Source: the human T2T-CHM13v2.0 reference genome, Homo sapiens | Reading direction: 5' to 3' (one strand) | DNA: 64,000 nt | Assembly (NCBI RefSeq): GCF_009914755.1 | Contig: NC_060932.1 | Part shown: positions 44,961 through 57,967 of the stretch, in pieces | Numbering within the stretch: the first letter of the stretch is position 1 | How the letters are laid out: each line of letters opens with the position of its first letter | Position numbers and translations under genes: made by a program | The notes under the pieces: generated by a model | Told to the model about the DNA's origin: nothing | Databases searched by the model: none | What the model saw: only the letters and a program-made list of their open reading frames with translations

Positions 44961-47900
44961 GAGGTAGGTGCATGTATAGATGTGTGTTGCTAGAGATAGT
45001 TGGAGCTATAGTTTCAGAGAAGAAGGGTTTTTTTTGTTTTGTGTGTTGCATTTTGGTGGGTGGGGTCAGAGGTATGCTTGATACTGTGATTTGTTTTATT
45101 TTATCCAAAAAGAATAGATGTCTTCTTTACAAAATATAGAAAAATCAAGTTTTAATTTGAAGAGATTAGGAAATACCCATATTCTGTTTCAGAAAGTAAA
45201 ATCTCCCAATATACGTCCCATTTATTCTAAGAAATTTAAAATACAATCAGGCAATCCCTTGCCGCCTTTTCTTCCTTCCTCCTTGCCAAAATGGACATAT
45301 GTACTTTATGACATTTAATATTTATCAGAGTCTTCTGAGTATATGAGTCATGTTGAATTGGAGTCAGCAACCCCTTAAGAACACTAAATGTCTACTTTGT
45401 CTTAGCCTGGTATTTTACTAATAAAATGCGTGGAGTTGAATTTAATCCACTATATATAATTGGTGGTGTTCCTGTTCAGACATGCCTGTACATGGCTTTG
45501 TAGAATAAAAAACATCTGATTCTGCGATTTTTATTTGTTTAGGACCAAATTTCAGGAAACAGCTTGGCCGTGGGCAAAACTATACAGTTGAATCAGAGAC
45601 ATAAAGTTGGAAGGAATAAGTAGGTGAAATTTGTCTTGAGGGTGTGCCTCCCTAACACACACATACACACACAGACACACATCCACGTGTCCCAGTTGTA
45701 AAGGTAAAGAAGTTTTGTAGACCCATAAGGTATGAAGTGTTTGGTTCTTTTCTGGAGATTAGGGAGGATTCTGGAAAAGGACCTTGTGGCTGAGATCATA
45801 GGAAACAGAGAGCAAAGCAAAATGATATCTGGTAGTGTGATGAAGTAGTATAGAGATAAATGTGTGTGGACGTGATAGGGAAAAGAGGGGGGGAAAGTCC
45901 TTATTTTCATGTCTGATTCATTAAAGGCAGTTCTACTGAAGACCTGGGGTTGTTGAGGGATCTTATTTGGCTCTGGGTACCATGTACTACCGGACCTGTT
46001 TCATCTCTGCTTCCCAAGCCTCAGGCCTGGGCCTCAGGGATTCTCTCCAGTGCATGCCTTAGGCTACAGCTATAGGGCAGCTGTGGTTAGGGAAGGTCCC
46101 TATTTAGAATAGTTGGTCAAAAAGCACATCACTTCTGTCCCTTTCTTGCAGAACTGGTTGCTGCTCTGGAATGAAAGTTTGATTGGTCTGTTAGCCATGC
46201 CCACCTGGATTTGGGAAAGCCAATAGAAAGAATCTTCTGCTCTCCTATCTGCTGTTGCTTTTTAACCTGTAGCCTAGAAAATGGCATTATACTGAACAAA
46301 TACGGTATGAACAGACCTTAGACAATGCTGGAACTGGCGCCGGATAAGCTCATGAGTCCATGCTGTGCTACATAAGGACCGTATTGCTACAGGCTTACTG
46401 CCTACATCTCTTAGTCACAAAGGACCTGGAATTGGTCTTGCTTGAGAGTCTACATCTATAAAAATAGCTAGTTTGTTCCCTCCCTTCCTTTCCTTTCTTA
46501 GACGATCCTTTCTCCTTCATTTTGCCCCTAGCCTTTCACATTTGAGACAACCAGCCTTGCTTTCATTCTTTCATACTTGTTTGTGCCTCATTCATCATCT
46601 TCTATTCATTGAAGTCTCATGAATTTTAAGTTGAATTTGATTATAACACAAAATCACCCATTTCTGTTTAATGTTCTGTTGATCATATAACTTTAATGCC
46701 TATTCAATACCTCAAAAAGAGAGAATAGTAATGTAGTTATAATATTGCTGTTAGTGGGTTTTGACACTGAGTAACAGATGACATGTCTAATGAATAGTGT
46801 GACTGCTTAGATTGCATAATTATAGGTTTGTTTGACTTTAGGAAAATCATACGCAGGCCAACTTCACCCATTTAGAGACTTTTTGTATTATGTAAATATT
46901 AGAGCACTTCACTCTAAAAAGAAACCCCCTCCTTCAGTGATAATCATTCTTTGTTTTTCCAGGGTTTGCCACTCAGTAGGAAAAAGCAAAATGAAATAGA
47001 AACCATCTTTAAAGGATGGATTTAATTCAGTAGCCCTTCCTGGTTTGAATAACACTTCAGTCCACAATGGTTTGGCATTGTGCTTGTGACTGGGGTCATT
47101 GGGTACAGACATGCAGGTTTATAGGATGACAGCCCTGGCACTGGCATACTTACAGAAACAGCTAGAATTTTATAATGTAAATCAGGGATTATCTGTGCCC
47201 TTTGGACTTGATTTTGTGGGGTGGCAGTGCGGGGGGGATAGCTAGTTATTGTACTAACTTCTTGCAACAGTTTCTTAATTGACGTATCAGGTGACAGGTC
47301 TCACAGAGTCACCAAGGCCCCACTGTGATACTTCTCCATGTATTTATTGGCTTGTAAATGAATGTTCAAATATATCACTTAGGTTCATTTGATTAACGAA
47401 AGCAAGGGCTGGCTGTAATAAATAAACGCTCACAGAATGGCTTAGTGAAGGAATTTGAATATTCCTAGCCTCCCAGACTTCGCTTGGCAGGGCTGGGGGT
47501 CGGGGGAGTCAAATGTGTGGCTAATAAAAGTGACTTTTGACTTTGAGCTCTATTCAGAAGTAATTCTGCAACATGAAGCCTTCCAGTATTCTCCCTTCAC
47601 CTTGAACATTTCTCTCCTGCTGCTCTTCATTTGCTGCCTGGTAGTCAGTCTGGAGCTGCTTTCATCTCTGTTGCTGCCGGTGCTCTTGGCCTAGTACAAG
47701 CTTGACCTCTTAGCAGCTGGAGTTGACTTAGTTATTCTCCTAGCATTCTCTGAGTGACTTGGTTGCTCTTACAGCACTTCAGATTAGCTTTGCTGATGTG
47801 AAAGGTCACTTTTCACCAATATTAAAACTTATTAATCTTCAAAAAGGGGAAAAATAATTTTCTTTTTGTTATCAGATTTCTTAAGGAATTTGGAAAGAGC

Positions 47901-48241
47901 TTTCCAGAACCATGTCTGATAGCCTCTGAGTGGCATTGTCTAGTGTCCTCCTTGGAAGTGTTGTTTTATGCTAACAGATTGCCAACGGAGCTGAGCTGAG
48001 GCTCTGGGTCTTTGACTTTCTCCTACCTGAAGGTTTGTTCCCTGGATATTCATGGAGGAGTCGGAGGTGCTTGTCCTCCTTGTGTTTAAATACCTTTTTG
48101 CACAGGTGGGCAAGTGTACAGACTTGGCAGTTAGAAAGCCAGAGTGGGAGGCCTGGCGCTGCTGCTAACTACCTTTGTGGCCTTGAGCAAGTTACTTCAG
48201 TTTTCTCATATGTAAAATGGAAATAGAACTACCTAACTCTT

Positions 48242-48756
48242 TATAGCAGCATGATTTATAATCCTTTGGGTATAACATGCACACATATGTTTATTGCGGC
48301 ACTATTCACAGTAGCAAAGACTTGGAACCAACCCAAATGTCCAACAATGATAGACTGGATTAAGAAAATGTGGCACATATACACCATGGAATACTATGCA
48401 GCCATAAAAAATGATGAGTTCATGTCCTTTGTAGGGACATGGATGAAGCTGGAAACCATCATTCTCAGCAAACTATCGCAAGGACAGAAAACCAAACACC
48501 GCATGTTCTCACTCATAGGTGGGAATTGAACAATGAGAACACATGGTCACAGGAAGGGGAACGTCACACACCGGGGCCTGTTGTGAGGTGGGGAGAGTGG
48601 GGAGGGATAGCCTTAGGAGATATACCTAATGTTAAATGACGAGTTAATGGGTGCAGCACACCAACATGGCACATGTATACATATGTAACAGACCTGCATG
48701 TTGTGCACATGTACCCTAAAACTTAAAGTATAAAAAAAACAAAACAAAAAAAAACA
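48242..48756 (+). mobile_element. 5'-truncated and 5'-inverted L1PA (PA4-like) inserted into a MIR
   Basis: ORF2 C-terminus (MFIAALFTVAKTWNQPKCP...SLIGGN*), 3'UTR and A-tail, 15-bp TSD aactacctaactctt (48227-48241 and 48757-48771). Confidence 0.95.
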
Positions 48757-51700
48757 AACTACCTAACTCTTATGTTGCCCTGAGATTTGATGTAAGTTTG
48801 ATGTGCTGGCACATAACAGTGTTCCCTAATTGTTAGCTACAGCTATTATATATACATATATAATCATTGTCATTACTTTCCATGTTTTATCATCTGCACT
48901 GAACTTCCCTAATGCCAGACTTGCAGAAGTGTTGTACAGCAATGCTTTTCTCTCTGGAGTCATCATTCTGTGAATTTGAACATCGTTGTGTGATTTCTAC
49001 CCACCACTCCAGTGCTGGTGCCATCTCTTTTCCTATAGAAAAGTCACACTGAAAATATAAAATAGGCAAGTGAAGTTATATCATATGTCCTCTTTTATGT
49101 TCTAATTCAGTTGAATCTCTTTGATAGGACAATTTATATTTTAGTGAAAGTTTAATTTTCAGATTTATGAAATATAATGGCCTTAGAAGAATATTGAAGG
49201 AAGAGTTGCTATAATTCTTTGTTGGATCCTAAGAACACTAAGGCATCATTCTTGTCCTCAAATGGATTAAAATCTCTTTGGTGAAAGGAAACAAATGCAG
49301 ATAAGAAAGGAAAGATTGGTGGTGGTCCCAAGATATCAAGAGTGTATGTGTTAAGGCAAATTAGGTGAAGAAGGAAATCCTTCTAGGCTGGTATAATTTA
49401 AAAGCAGGTAGGGCCTGAGCTCAGCCCTTGATGGATATGTAGGATTTAATTTGGTATATATTCTCAAAAAGGGCTTTCAGTGAAAGAGTGGGAGAATTTT
49501 GATGGTGGGAAGATATACTGTGGAATCAAGTAGCAGGGAGCCTCTGCCTGATCAGTACCTCCACAACCACCCCAACCCCCAGCAACTTTTTAGTCAGTAA
49601 CTCTGTGTTTCTGTGTTTATCCCTTTTTCCCCCTCCAAAGTCAAGAGGTTTTTACTGCAGTCGGGAAATAAAGGTTAACAAGAAGAACAAAAAAGAATTA
49701 CGAAAATCCTCTTAAAATTGCTGTGGCAGGTTGCTACTTGACATGGACGTTCTCATGACCTGTCTTTAAGATGCTCTTGTGGGAGTCCCTTCTAGTTCTC
49801 ATCGTAGGTCTCTGGTCTCTCAGCCCCCTGCTACAGCTGACCAAGACCCTCTGACTACAGTTATCTGACGGCACTGCTTCCAGGTGTGCTGTGATCCTCA
49901 GTTCTTTTTAGAATTACCTTCCTGATCTCTTCTGGTGTTTCCTGTTCCCTTTGTTGCTTGGGCTGCACCAGTCTTTCCTAGTGTTCTTCAGCAGCTTGTC
50001 CCAACATTCTTGGGCCCTGGAGCCTGAACTGAGGCTGCCTGTAAGCCAGTTAGGCTCCAGAGATTCTTTCCTTAAGCTTCATGCCATCAAAACTGACCCA
50101 AGCCTTGCCCATTTCCTCCTTTGCAGGAAGGTCTCTTTGGCCTTGAACCAGCTTACTATCTGGCTCAGGTCTTAGTAGCATATATGGGACCCTGTTAATG
50201 AGAACTTATCATCTCATTTATTTCGTTTTGCAGCTCTTTTGTAGCATTTTGAATATCTTAGGCACATTCTGAATGCTTTCAGAAATTAACTCATTTAATC
50301 CCAGAGGGAGATTGCTAACATTATATCTATTTCCACTGATTTAAGCCCCTTACAGACTTTCATTTCTTATGCTTCAGACTTTTGCTCCCAACAGATACTT
50401 TAGTGAGTGCCTGTTTGGTTTTGGGGTACCTCTAATCAGCAGAATTTTGGAAAAGCAGTTTATACTGTTAGTCTTTGTTCAGGTTACCAGCCTTACCCAC
50501 TTTTTTGACCAGTTCCAGTATCAGAATCTAATACTCATAAAATATACTGATCCATTAAGGAAAACAAAACAAAACAATACTTTCCTTTAACTAGGTAAGG
50601 CTGGTGTGAAACCAATAGTCTATTTTTCATTATTTTAAATGGAAAAAAATAAATTACAGGTTAACTAAAACCCCTAATCAATTTACTGAAATGTAACTAA
50701 GTACAGTAAAATGCCTAAATAAATTACAAAACATCCATTACATTAGGATGTAAGTTGTTTAAAATTCACTTCTTTATCATGAAACAATATGATTTTTAAC
50801 AAATGGTTGCTGTATATATAGCAACATATATATGTTGGTACCAAGCCATATGTCCATTTTGTTGACTTTCAGAAATTTTCACAACAACAAACTGTGACTC
50901 TAATAGTCTAACAATTTTACCTGGAGTATGACCTGAGCCTTTTCTCACGCACCATTTTGTTAAACATATATTTAATTTGGGGAATGTAAATACAAATTTT
51001 TCTTATGTAAACATTACACCCTCCCCTGACCCCCTAACTTACATTGAGATATTTGTGTATTCTGTGCTGCCTGGATAGTAAAAGCTGAAGGGTCTTCTAC
51101 CAGAAGCATGTTAACCCAGGAGATAGTCTATGAAATATACTTATAAGTAACTATTATAAAATTAAAGCATATGTTTTAAAAGCCAAATGTGAATGGACTT
51201 TACATTATTTCATTACTTTGGAATCATCTGTGGTATTATTCTTCAGAGTAGAAAAGAAAAACTGACATTTGTCTGCACTAAGATATATGAATGGAGAGTC
51301 TTTGAGTAGGTTCATTCCCAAATGTGATGAAAGAAAGCTTTATTTTCTTTTCATTTAGTTATCTTAAATTCAAAGTTTTTAGTTGAAATTTTTATGTTCC
51401 TGTGTTAACTATCTTTTCCTAATCTATTAAATTATGTTAGAGCTTGAAGAAACAGTTTAAAAGCACTTGTAACAACATTACCTTGCTTTTCTAATTTGCT
51501 AGTCCCTTTTTATAGACTCCTGTTCCCTGAGGATATTTTAATTTTTTAAACATAGTAAACATAGTTGTTTCTTATTCTGACTAATATAAATAGTTACAAT
51601 AACTGAAATATTTGTGGATCTGTTTCTGCTGATTGTTATTCTTAGTGGCTTGTTTTCTTGTGTATTATAGGTATGTAAGGTTTTTTTGTTTGTTTTTATA

Positions 51701-52230
51701 TTTATTTTTGTTTCAGCCTTTTCTCCTGTGATCTGCTCATTCTTAAAAAGTATTTGTAGGGATTATTTGACACTTAGATTAAGAGTGCCTTCTCCAGAAA
51801 GTAGTTATATTTGCTTCTGCCAGACACCTGTGAGTACTATCTGCCTGAGACCACCTCCCACCAAGATCAGAGACTAGGGTCTCTGGATCACTCAGGTTAG
51901 GGGAACCCAGGCTGCTGCAAATCCAGGAGGACTGCCTTATGGCCAGTTTTTCTGAAAACAAGTTTGTTTTCTCTTCCCTTTTCCCTGTTCTGCTTCATGG
52001 CCAAGGCTAACCTCCCTTCGGTCCCAGGCAGCAGGGAGAGATTACTTTTGGTTCATCTTTATACAAAGAGTTGGGATCTCAGCTTACTGTGGGATAGTAT
52101 GTAACTTTGGCATTCTGTTGCCCCACTTCTCGTTTTTGTTTTATTCTAGATTTTGCCCTGGTTATTTCTTATTACCTTGTGACTCTTGTTTTTAAGATTT
52201 ATTTTTTTTCTACTGTATCTGATATCTTTG

Positions 52231-52518
52231 GTTTTCTTTTTTCTTTTTTTCTTTTCTTTCTTTCTTTTTTTTTTTTTTTTTTTTTTTTGAGATGGAGTCT
52301 CACTCTGTTGCCCAGGCTGGAGTGCAATAGCATGATCTCAGCTCACTGCAACCTTCATGTCCTGGGTTCAAGCAATTTCCAGCTAATTTCTGTATTTTAA
52401 TAGAGACTAGGTTTCACCATGTTGGCCAGGCTGGTCTTGAACTCCTGACCTCAAGTGATCTGCCTGCCTCGGCCTCCCAAAGTACTAGGATTACAGACGT
52501 TAGTCACCACGCCCGGCT
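52231..52518 (-). mobile_element. AluS with an internal deletion of about 50 bp
   Basis: gcaatttccagctaattt junction, flanks tatctttggtt / tatctttgatt. Confidence 0.92.
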
Positions 52519-53007
52519 GCTATCTTTGATTGTTTTCATTAGGAAGATTGGTCCAAATAATCTAGCTCTGTGTTATTAAAAGTGAGAATCTTCCCTATTT
52601 GACCTTTAACAATCCTTCACAGTTTATGCAACAGATATAAGACAGAGCTGCTTAATGGATGAGGGAACTGAGGCTGGGAGAGGTGTAGTGATTGATTTAA
52701 GATCATGTAAGTAAGGGCACAGCCTGGAACTCCTTAATACAAGTCTTTTCTTCTTTCCAACCTACCACTGCCTTTGAGCTGTCTTCTACTGAGTGTATTC
52801 TTAGAATTTTGAATGAAGCATCATATGGTGAGGAGGTTTTTTTTATTTTTTTTATTTTTTATTTTTTTGAGGAGGTTTTTTTAAAAAGATGTAATAGCTC
52901 TACAAAATTATTTAGACCATTGACTGATGTAGATTGTATTGATGCAACTTTTTCCAGATATGGCATTTTAAATGGAAAATAATAATTGCAATTTTTTTTT
53001 CTTTCAG

Positions 53008-53114
53008 CTGAAGTGAGTAGTGAATATAGTATGGACAAGGCAATGGTTGAATTTGCTACATTGGATCGGCAACTAAACCATTATGTAAAGGCTGTTCAAT
53101 CTACAATAAATCAT
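53008..53114 (+). CDS. NSMCE2: NSMCE2 second coding exon (107 nt, residues 53-88)
   Basis: Acceptor tttttttttctttcag|ctg. Joined to the phase-1 donor at 4326 it reads (T)EVSSEYSMDKAMVEFATLDRQLNHYVKAVQSTINH. Donor cat|gtaagt at 53114/53115. It is too short to appear in the ORF track. Confidence 0.96.
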
Positions 53115-54189
53115 GTAAGTTTATACCACTCCCTGGTTATATATTTGGTTACAACTCACTGACCGAGAAGTAGAAACACAAAATCAAAATTCTTCTCTAA
53201 TCTTTAATGTTTCCTTATCCTTAATGTAGCAGCTATTAAATTCCTCTAAATTTGGAAGTCTCATAAAATTGGAATCCTAAGTATTTTCCTGGCTAGGCCA
53301 CTTAGGTTGATTAACATATTAAATCTATTTTAGATTGCTTGCAATTTTTTGTCTCAAAATTTTAGTGTAAGCCTCCTTTGAATGTGAGGAGATTTTTATA
53401 AAATCCTAAAAATTGCATGCACCTTGTTTTTATTGTTCTATTTGCTTAAACATACAATTGAGACCAGGTTTAGTTACTCATTCTCTAACTTTAATATGCA
53501 TCTATTGCCAAATTCTTAGAATCAGATAATATGGAAGAGTTTTAAGCAAGTTTAAAAATAAAGAAGATCGGTATTTTGGTTTTTCCAGAAGCCAAACTTA
53601 TCTTTGTTGACTCCAGCTGTCACAGGAACAACACATAAGGCAGTTAAGGTGGGAACATAGCAACATCCTTTTCAGTAGTACTGTGTTGAGTAAGAAATGA
53701 GCAATACGATTGCAGTCATGTTTCTGAGAAGTCTTTTGTCCTCTGAGCAGTGGAAACTCCCTGTTGAACTGATTTTGTATACCTGTGTAATAGGATGTCT
53801 TGTATTTCTGGTTTCGTTATTTGCCTTTTCTTACTTACAGCTATGGGAAAATTCCAAAAATCAAATATTTTACAAGATCAGTGATTACTCAGTAGAAGAT
53901 ACATTTTTAAATCATGTTTAATACCTAAGCCAATGAAATGAGCATTATATAGTTAGAGTAAGCTTTTTTTAATGGTTAGTATTTAACTATAGTATTTGAC
54001 TAACTTTAAGAATATCACCTATATCCAAATAATAAACTCATTCAGCTTGTAAAATTTTGACGTTTCTGGCTATTGTGACTGTTAGTCCTGGTCTTATGAA
54101 TATTTCTTCCATAGGAAAATATGACAGTGCCGTTATGTTGACATCATATTTGAAACTGGATGACACTTAGACTAGAGGCTTTCAATTTC

Positions 54190-54320
54190 AGCCGAACCCT
54201 AGAACCAGCCAGTTTCTGAACTCTCAGAGATTCTGATTTCATTAGTCTGGAGCAGGACTGGGACACTAGTATTTTTTAGAAACTCATTCTAATGTGCATT
54301 CAAGGGTGAAAACCACTGAC
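54190..54320. mobile_element. MER5B-like fragment
   Basis: cagagattctgatttcattagtctgg...attctaatgtgca...gaaaaccactg. Confidence 0.65.
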
Positions 54321-54593
54321 TTAAAAGAACAAGGCTGACTTTATAGAAGAAAGTCAAGTGTTTACTGCCAAAGATTAGAGTTAGGCTTGTTACATGGATC
54401 AATCTTGCTTTGACCCTTACATTATGTGGCACTTACTTGATAAGCCTTTCTATCTTTAACTTTCATACTGTGCAAATGCAATAGCACAGTGTATATTACA
54501 GATAAGAAAACAAGATTTTGGAGTCAAAGAACGTTATGTTGATTTTTTTTCCCTATTAAACTCTAGGATTTGCAGATACTTAAGGTATTTTTA

Positions 54594-54953
<360 letters not shown>

Positions 54954-57837
54954 TCACTCATTTAAAAAAAAGTTTAAAACTTCTCACTCTTTCTCACATT
55001 CAGTAGTTAACAACATTTCTTTCATCTTGAGGTTTCATCTCATTATCCTCGAACAGGGAAGATAGATTTTATCTCACTTTTCAGCCCTAACCTCACACTA
55101 GAATAGACTGGAACAACTTGGATTTAGTGATTCCGATGCTTATCAGGAAGGTCTCTGTTCTTTTATAGGAAGAAAAAACATAGTTATTTTTCTTTTATGA
55201 TACAAAGGTATGCTTTCTATGCAAGCTGGATACCAGACCAAGAATAATAAATCACAATTTCATAAGGTTTCTAAGACTTGATATTATATGGGGATATGAC
55301 CATTTTGAGGGAAATGTTTTACATCACTTTATGTACTTGAAGCTAAGGATACTGCTATCTTATTGCTTGTTTTAGTGAGCGATAAGAATGAACAGCAGCT
55401 TGGGAGGGGCCGGGATAATATACTTGTTTAGAAATAGCAATGGTCTAGGGATCTGAAGCTTTTCCAGCCCTGGTTCTTCTACTTTCTAAGTTATGATCCC
55501 TGGTCAAGAAACCTAACCTCTTGAAAACTCATGTTTTTTGTCTGTGAAATTCCTGCCCTGTGTATTTCACAGAATGATTATGTGAATCAGATTAGATAAT
55601 GTATATCAAAATGCTTTGGCATTCATCAAATTTGATGGGGCTGTAAGATAATATATTATTGCAAACTCAGATTTCCAAACAGAACCCCTTAGAGAGATGG
55701 AACAAAATCTTCTAAAAAGCAAGTATTTTGTTTTGCTCACTTTATTTCAGGGTATTTTTTTGGCTTTGACCTGTCCTATTCTGGAATTCAAGAGTCATAT
55801 AGGATTAAGTATAGGCTACTTAAATTATTGCACAAGGTGTTCATGGCCTCTGAAATGAATGAGTTGTTTAAAATAAGATTATTTTTTTAAAAGGCAATTA
55901 ATGGGAAGCCATACAAGTCCCATTTAACCCACTGCTCTGTCATAGACTTTTGCAAATTGCGATACTTCCGTTACTATAATATTTGCCTAGATTCAAATCT
56001 ACCCTGTGGTCTTTCTGTTTATGAATTTTCACATAGTCATAGAAAGTTGATTTAAAAACTTTTTTAATCATTAAAGAGCATTTGAATTTATTATTTAAAT
56101 AGACATCTCTCTTCCACTCTCATCTTCTCAGAATTCTAAAGATTATGCTCCTTTTGAAAAGTTTTGGAAGTTTTCTTTGGAACCTCAGAGGTATGGGTCA
56201 ACTTACCAACAATCCCTGGGAAGTCCCTTTGGCAATTAGCAGAAGTTCTCAGGTTACCTTCCGTTGTCTCTCAAGAAAACAGGGCTACTATACTCCACAG
56301 TGCCCAAAGATTTTGTTTGGAATTGGCATCTATTTTAGTGCTCTGAAAGTTAAAAAAAAAAAAAAAAAAGGACTCATTCCAGCTAATTTGTTGAGAGAAT
56401 ATTATGCAGTGAACACTAAAAAAATTCTCAGATAGTCTCTAAGTCATTTATAAAAACTTTCAGGTTAAATGGGTTTTATACCTGTCACAACTCTTTAAAA
56501 ACTGCATTTAGATCCTCAGAGAGTTCTATATGAACTTTTTTGATATTTTCAGTCATAAGACCAACATGTCATAAAAGTGTTTTTAGAGCTATAAGACAGT
56601 ACACAGATACACACTTTTTTTTAATCACTATTACTGCCACGGAAAAACTGTTTTCTCAGTTTCATATTGAGAACAGAATGATGTTCTGAACACTAGACTT
56701 CTGATGACCTGATGTTTCCTCCCTTGCTTTCTACGCTTTTATTAAGTACATTGAAGAGACACTATTGGCTGGCTTTTTGTTTTTCAGTTTTCATAAATAA
56801 ATGAATAAATTTATGAACATTTGAATAAATACTCAAATAAATCTTTGAATAAATATTTACTGAACAGCCATGTGCCAGGCACTTCTAGTTGCAAGAAATA
56901 GGAAGTCAATCAGCAAAGTCCATGTGACCTTCACCTCAGGATATGCGAAGTCCAGAACAGAAGACAAATATTTTACAAATGTTATTTAATTACTGCTGTG
57001 GTGTGTGCTACAAATTAAAAATAAAGCATTCAGGGAGAGTTAATAACCCAGGGGCAATAATGTCTTCAGGGCAGGGAAGAATTTGGAGACTCCTTCTGGA
57101 GGAAATGATATTTAAGATTCAAGTCAAATGAGTCTCAACATGGGAAATATATATTCTGTGTAACTTTTGCATGAAATGGAAGCATCTTATTTCTGATTGT
57201 CTTGATGTCAGCTTCAGAGTGCCTTAATCAATCCAAAGACTTATTGTGAAAATTAGGCCAGAGAAGGCCTACCTTTATATATAGAAAGTTAATGTTTATA
57301 GAATAGTTGAGTAACCTAAGATTGGTCAGTGATTCATTTAGTAATAGATTTTTGAGTGCCTACTATGTGCCAGGAACTATGCTTAGTAATGCAAGTCATG
57401 GCAGTAGTTGATTTAAGAATTATTTTATTATCAATATCCTACTTCTTAAACAGGGGTTATCTCTCTTAAAATGAGACTTTTTATTGACTATTAAATAAAC
57501 CCAGTGGTAGTACTGTGTGTTTCTGATTATATGTTTATGATTGTTTTAAACTAAACCTATAGTTCCAAACTGTGGGCTTCAAATTGCTCAGGGTAGGTTT
57601 GGAGAGTGAATACCAGTTTAGTTCAGGGAATCCTCACGTCCATTTTTAGGTATGTGCTTTTTCAGATAAGAGGTAACAAATCCAACCACTATCATGGGGG
57701 TAGTCCTTGCAATGTTTTTCTAACCTTAATTCTCACAGGGAAAATGATGGGAATGTAGCTAAATGAGAATGACCCAACAAGTTCAGAGATTACTGTCATA
57801 TATATTTAGCAATTGATGATAAAATATATATCCTCTC

Positions 57838-57967
57838 AGCTAGGTGTGGTGGCGCACGCCTGTAGTTCCAGCTACTTGGGAGGCTGAAGTGGGAGGATCA
57901 CTTGAGCCCAGGAGTTCAAGATCAGCCTGGACAACATAGTAAGACTCCATCTCTTTAAAAAAAAAAA
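57838..57967 (+). mobile_element. FLAM/FAM-type Alu monomer
   Basis: Single ~130-bp monomer with gggaggatcacttgagcccaggagttc. Confidence 0.85.

Noticed and set aside
46098-46470. MEF2-like sites (ctatttagaatag, ctataaaaatag)
   Set aside because: Neither matches YTA(W)4TAR exactly, and both are expected in AT-rich DNA.
48251-48639. ORFs resembling a reverse-transcriptase protein
   Set aside because: Only the C-terminal tail and 3'UTR of a 0.5-kb dead L1 are present, with no EN or RT domain.
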